A stretch of 64,000 nucleotides of DNA, from assembly GCA_030390025.1 (NCBI GenBank), contig CM059432.1, forward strand, positions 87,546,001-87,610,000, in the 5' to 3' direction. Each line of letters starts with the position of its first letter. Position 1 is the first letter of the stretch. The stretch comes from Squalus acanthias (Eukaryota). Below the pieces are notes generated by a model. That model saw only the letters and a program-made list of their open reading frames with translations. It ran no database searches and had not been told where the DNA came from. Shown here piece by piece: positions 61,101 through 64,000 of this stretch. The position numbers were made by a program, and so were the translations under genes.

Positions 61101-64000
61101 GGTCTTGCTTTGATCGGGGGGTCTTGCTGTGATCGGGGAGTCTTGCTGTGATTGGGGGGTGGGTTCTTGCTGTGATCGGGGGGGTCTTGCTGTGATCGGG
61201 GGGATCTTGCTGTGATCGGGGGGGGGGTCTTGCTGTGATCGGGGGGGTCTTGCTGTGATCGGGGGGTCTTGCTGTAATCGGGGGGTATTGCTGTGATCGG
61301 GGGGTCTTGCTGTGATCGGGGGTGGGGTCTTGCTGTGATCGAGGGTGGTCTTGCTGTGATCGGGGGGTGGGGTCTTGCTGTGATCGGGGGGGTCTTGCTG
61401 TGTTCGGGGGGGTCTTGCTGTGAGCGGGGGGTCTTGCAGTGATCAGGGGGGTCTTGCAGTGATCAGGGGGGTCTTGCTGTGATCGGGGGGTCTTGCTGTG
61501 TTCGAGGGGTCTTGCTGTGATCGGGGGGGGTCTTGCTGTGATCGGGGGGGTGTCTTGCTGTGATCGGGGGGTCTTGCTGTGATCGAGGGTGGTCTTGCTG
61601 TGATCGGGGGGTGGGGTCTTGCTGTGATCGGGGGGTCTTGCTGTGATCGGGGGGGTCTTGCTGTGATCGGGGGGTATTGCTGTGATCGGGGGGGTCTTGC
61701 TGTGATCGGGGGGTCTTGCTGTGATCGGGGGGTCTTGCTGTGATCGGGGGGTCTTGCTGTGATCGGGGGGGTCTTGCTATGATCGGGGTGTCTTGCTGTG
61801 ATCGGGGGGGAGTCTTGCTGTGATCGGGGGGGAGTCTTGCTGTGATCGGGGGGTCTTGCTGTGATCGGGGGGAGTCTTGCTGTGATCGGGGGGGGAGTCT
61901 TGCTGTGATCGGGGGTGGAGTCTTGCTGTGATCGGGGGGGGTCTTGCTGTGATCGGGGGGGTCTTGCTGTGATCGGGGAGTCTTGCTGTGATCGGGGGTG
62001 GAGTCTTGCTGTGATCGGGGGGGTGGTGTTGCTGTGATCGGGGGGTCTTGCTGTGATCGGGGGGTCTTGCTGTGATCGGGTGGGTCTTGCTGTGATCGGG
62101 GGGTCTTGCTGTCATCGGGTGGGTCTTGCTGTGATCAGGGGGGGTGCTTGCTGTGATCGGGGGGTTTTGCTGTGATCGGGGGGGGGTCTTGCTGTGATCG
62201 GGGGGTCTTGCTGTGATCGGGGGGCCTTGCTGTGATCGGGGGGTCTTGCCGTGATCGGGGGTTCTTGCTGTGATCGGGGGGCTTGCTGTGATCGGGGGGT
62301 CTTGCTGTGATCGGGGAGTCTTGCTGTGATCGGACGGTGGGGTCTTGCTGTGATCGGGGGGCCTTGCTGTGATTGGGGGGTCTTGCTGTGATCGGGGGTC
62401 TTGCTGTGATTGGGGGGGTCTTGCTTTGATCGGGGGGTCTTGCTGTGATCGGGGTGGTATTGCTGTGATCGGGGAGTCTTGCTGTGATCGGGGGGTGGGT
62501 TCTTGCTGTGATCGGGGGGGTCTTGCTGTGATCAGGGGGTCTTGCTGTGATCGGGGTGTCTTGCTGTGATCGGAGGGTCTTGCTGTGATCGGGTGGGGGT
62601 CTTGCTGTGATCGGGGGGGTCCTGCTGTGATCGGGGGGGGTCTTGCTGTGATCGGGGGGGGGTCTTGCTGTGATCGGGGGGGGGGTCTTGCTGTGATCGG
62701 GGGGTCTTGCTGTGATCGGGGGGGTCTTGCTGTGATCGGGGGGGGGGGTCTTGCTGTGATCGGGGGGGGGGGGTCTTGCTGTGATCGGGGGCGGGGGGGG
62801 TCTTGCTGTGATCGGGGTGTCTTGCTGTGATCGGAGGGTCTTGCTGTGATCGGGTGGGGGTCTTGCTGTGATCGGGGGGGTCCTGCTGTGATCGGGGGGG
62901 GTCTTGCTGTGATCGGGGGGGGGGGTCTTGCTGTGATCGGGGGGTCTTGCTGTGATCGGGGGGGTCTTGCTGTGATCGGGGGGGGGTCTTGCTGTGATCG
63001 GTGGGGGGGGTCTTGCTGTGATCGGGGGGGGGGGGTCTTGCTGTGATCGGGTGGGTCCTGCTCTGTTCGGGGGGGTCTTGCTGTGATCGGGGGGGTCTTG
63101 CTGTGATCGGTGGGTGGGGTCTTGCTGTGATCGGGGGGGGAATCTTGCTGTGATCGGGGGGTCTTGCTGTGATCGGGGGGTATTGCTGTGATCGGGGGGT
63201 CTTGCTGTGATCGGGGGGGTCTTGCTGTGATCGGGTGGTCTTGCTGTGATCAGGGGGGGTCTTGCTGTGATCGGGGGGGAGTCTTGCTGTGATCGGGGGG
63301 TCTTACTGTGATCGGGGGGAGTCTTGCTGTGATCGGGTGGTCTTACTGTGATCGGGGGGTCTTGCTGTGATCGGGTGGTCTTGCTGTGATCGGGGGGGGC
63401 TTGCTGTGATCGGGGGTCTTCCTGTGATCGGGGGGGAGTCTTGCTGTGATCGGGGGGTTCTTGCTGTGATCGGGGTGTCTTGCTGTGATCGGGGGGGACT
63501 TGCTGTGATCGGGAGGGTCTTGCTGTGATCGGGGGGTCTTGCTGTGATCGGGGGGTCTTGCTGTGATCGGGTGGGTCTTGCTGTGATCGGGGGGGGGGGT
63601 CTTGCTGTGATTGGGGGGTCTTGCTGTCATTGGGTGGGTCTTGCTGTGATCGGGGGGGACTTGCTGTGATCGGGGGGTCTTGCTGTGATCGGGAGGGTCT
63701 TGCTGTGATCGGGGGGTTTTGCTGTGATCAGGGGGTGTCTTGCTGTGATCGGGGGGTCTTGCTGTGATCGGGGGGTCTTGCTGTGATCGGGGGGCCTTGC
63801 TGTGATCGGGGGGTCTTGCTGTGATCGGGGGGTCTTGCTGTGATCGGGGGGGTCTTGCTGTGATCGGGGGGTCTTGCTGTGATCGGGGAGTCTTGCTGTG
63901 ATCGGACGGTGGGGTCTTGCTGTGATCGGGGGGTCTTGCTGTGATCGGGGGGCCTTGCTGTGATCGGGGGGTCTTGCTGTGATCGGGGGGTCTTGCTGTG
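52190..64000. repeat. G-rich satellite (TCTTGCTGTGATC + G6-8)n, ~19-21 bp unit, running off the window end
   Basis: Homogeneous from ~52450. Several hundred units, with degenerate precursor units at 52190-52450. Confidence 0.98.

Noticed and set aside
52450..64000. CRISPR-like repeat-spacer appearance
   Set aside because: The 'spacers' are only G-runs, there are no cas genes and the context is eukaryotic.

Overview
Eukaryotic, repeat-dominated DNA with no convincing host-gene exon. The mix of CR1 and L2 LINEs, Deu-domain tRNA SINEs and Penelope relics points to a cartilaginous fish (shark); this is an inference. (1) Bases 1-3538 hold the right-hand part of a young PIF/Harbinger DNA transposon. 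It has an intact DDE transposase (1864-3024, minus) converging on a spliced Myb/SANT-type partner gene (plus), which is broken only by one extra G in a G12 run. It ends in a TIR followed by TAA and is inserted into an older Harbinger. (2) About a dozen further Harbinger relics and MITEs follow, sharing subterminal and promoter motifs. (3) CR1, L2, SINE, Penelope and two ~1.6 kb solo-LTR insertions are nested several levels deep. (4) A Penelope fragment carries a minimal hammerhead-ribozyme motif. (5) The two otherwise dissimilar solo LTRs share a covarying stem-loop. (6) A G-rich ~19-21 bp satellite of more than 11.5 kb, (TCTTGCTGTGATC-G6-8)n, has higher-order structure and seems to grow out of a non-autonomous DNA transposon. 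Boundaries of degenerate relics were read by eye and are approximate.
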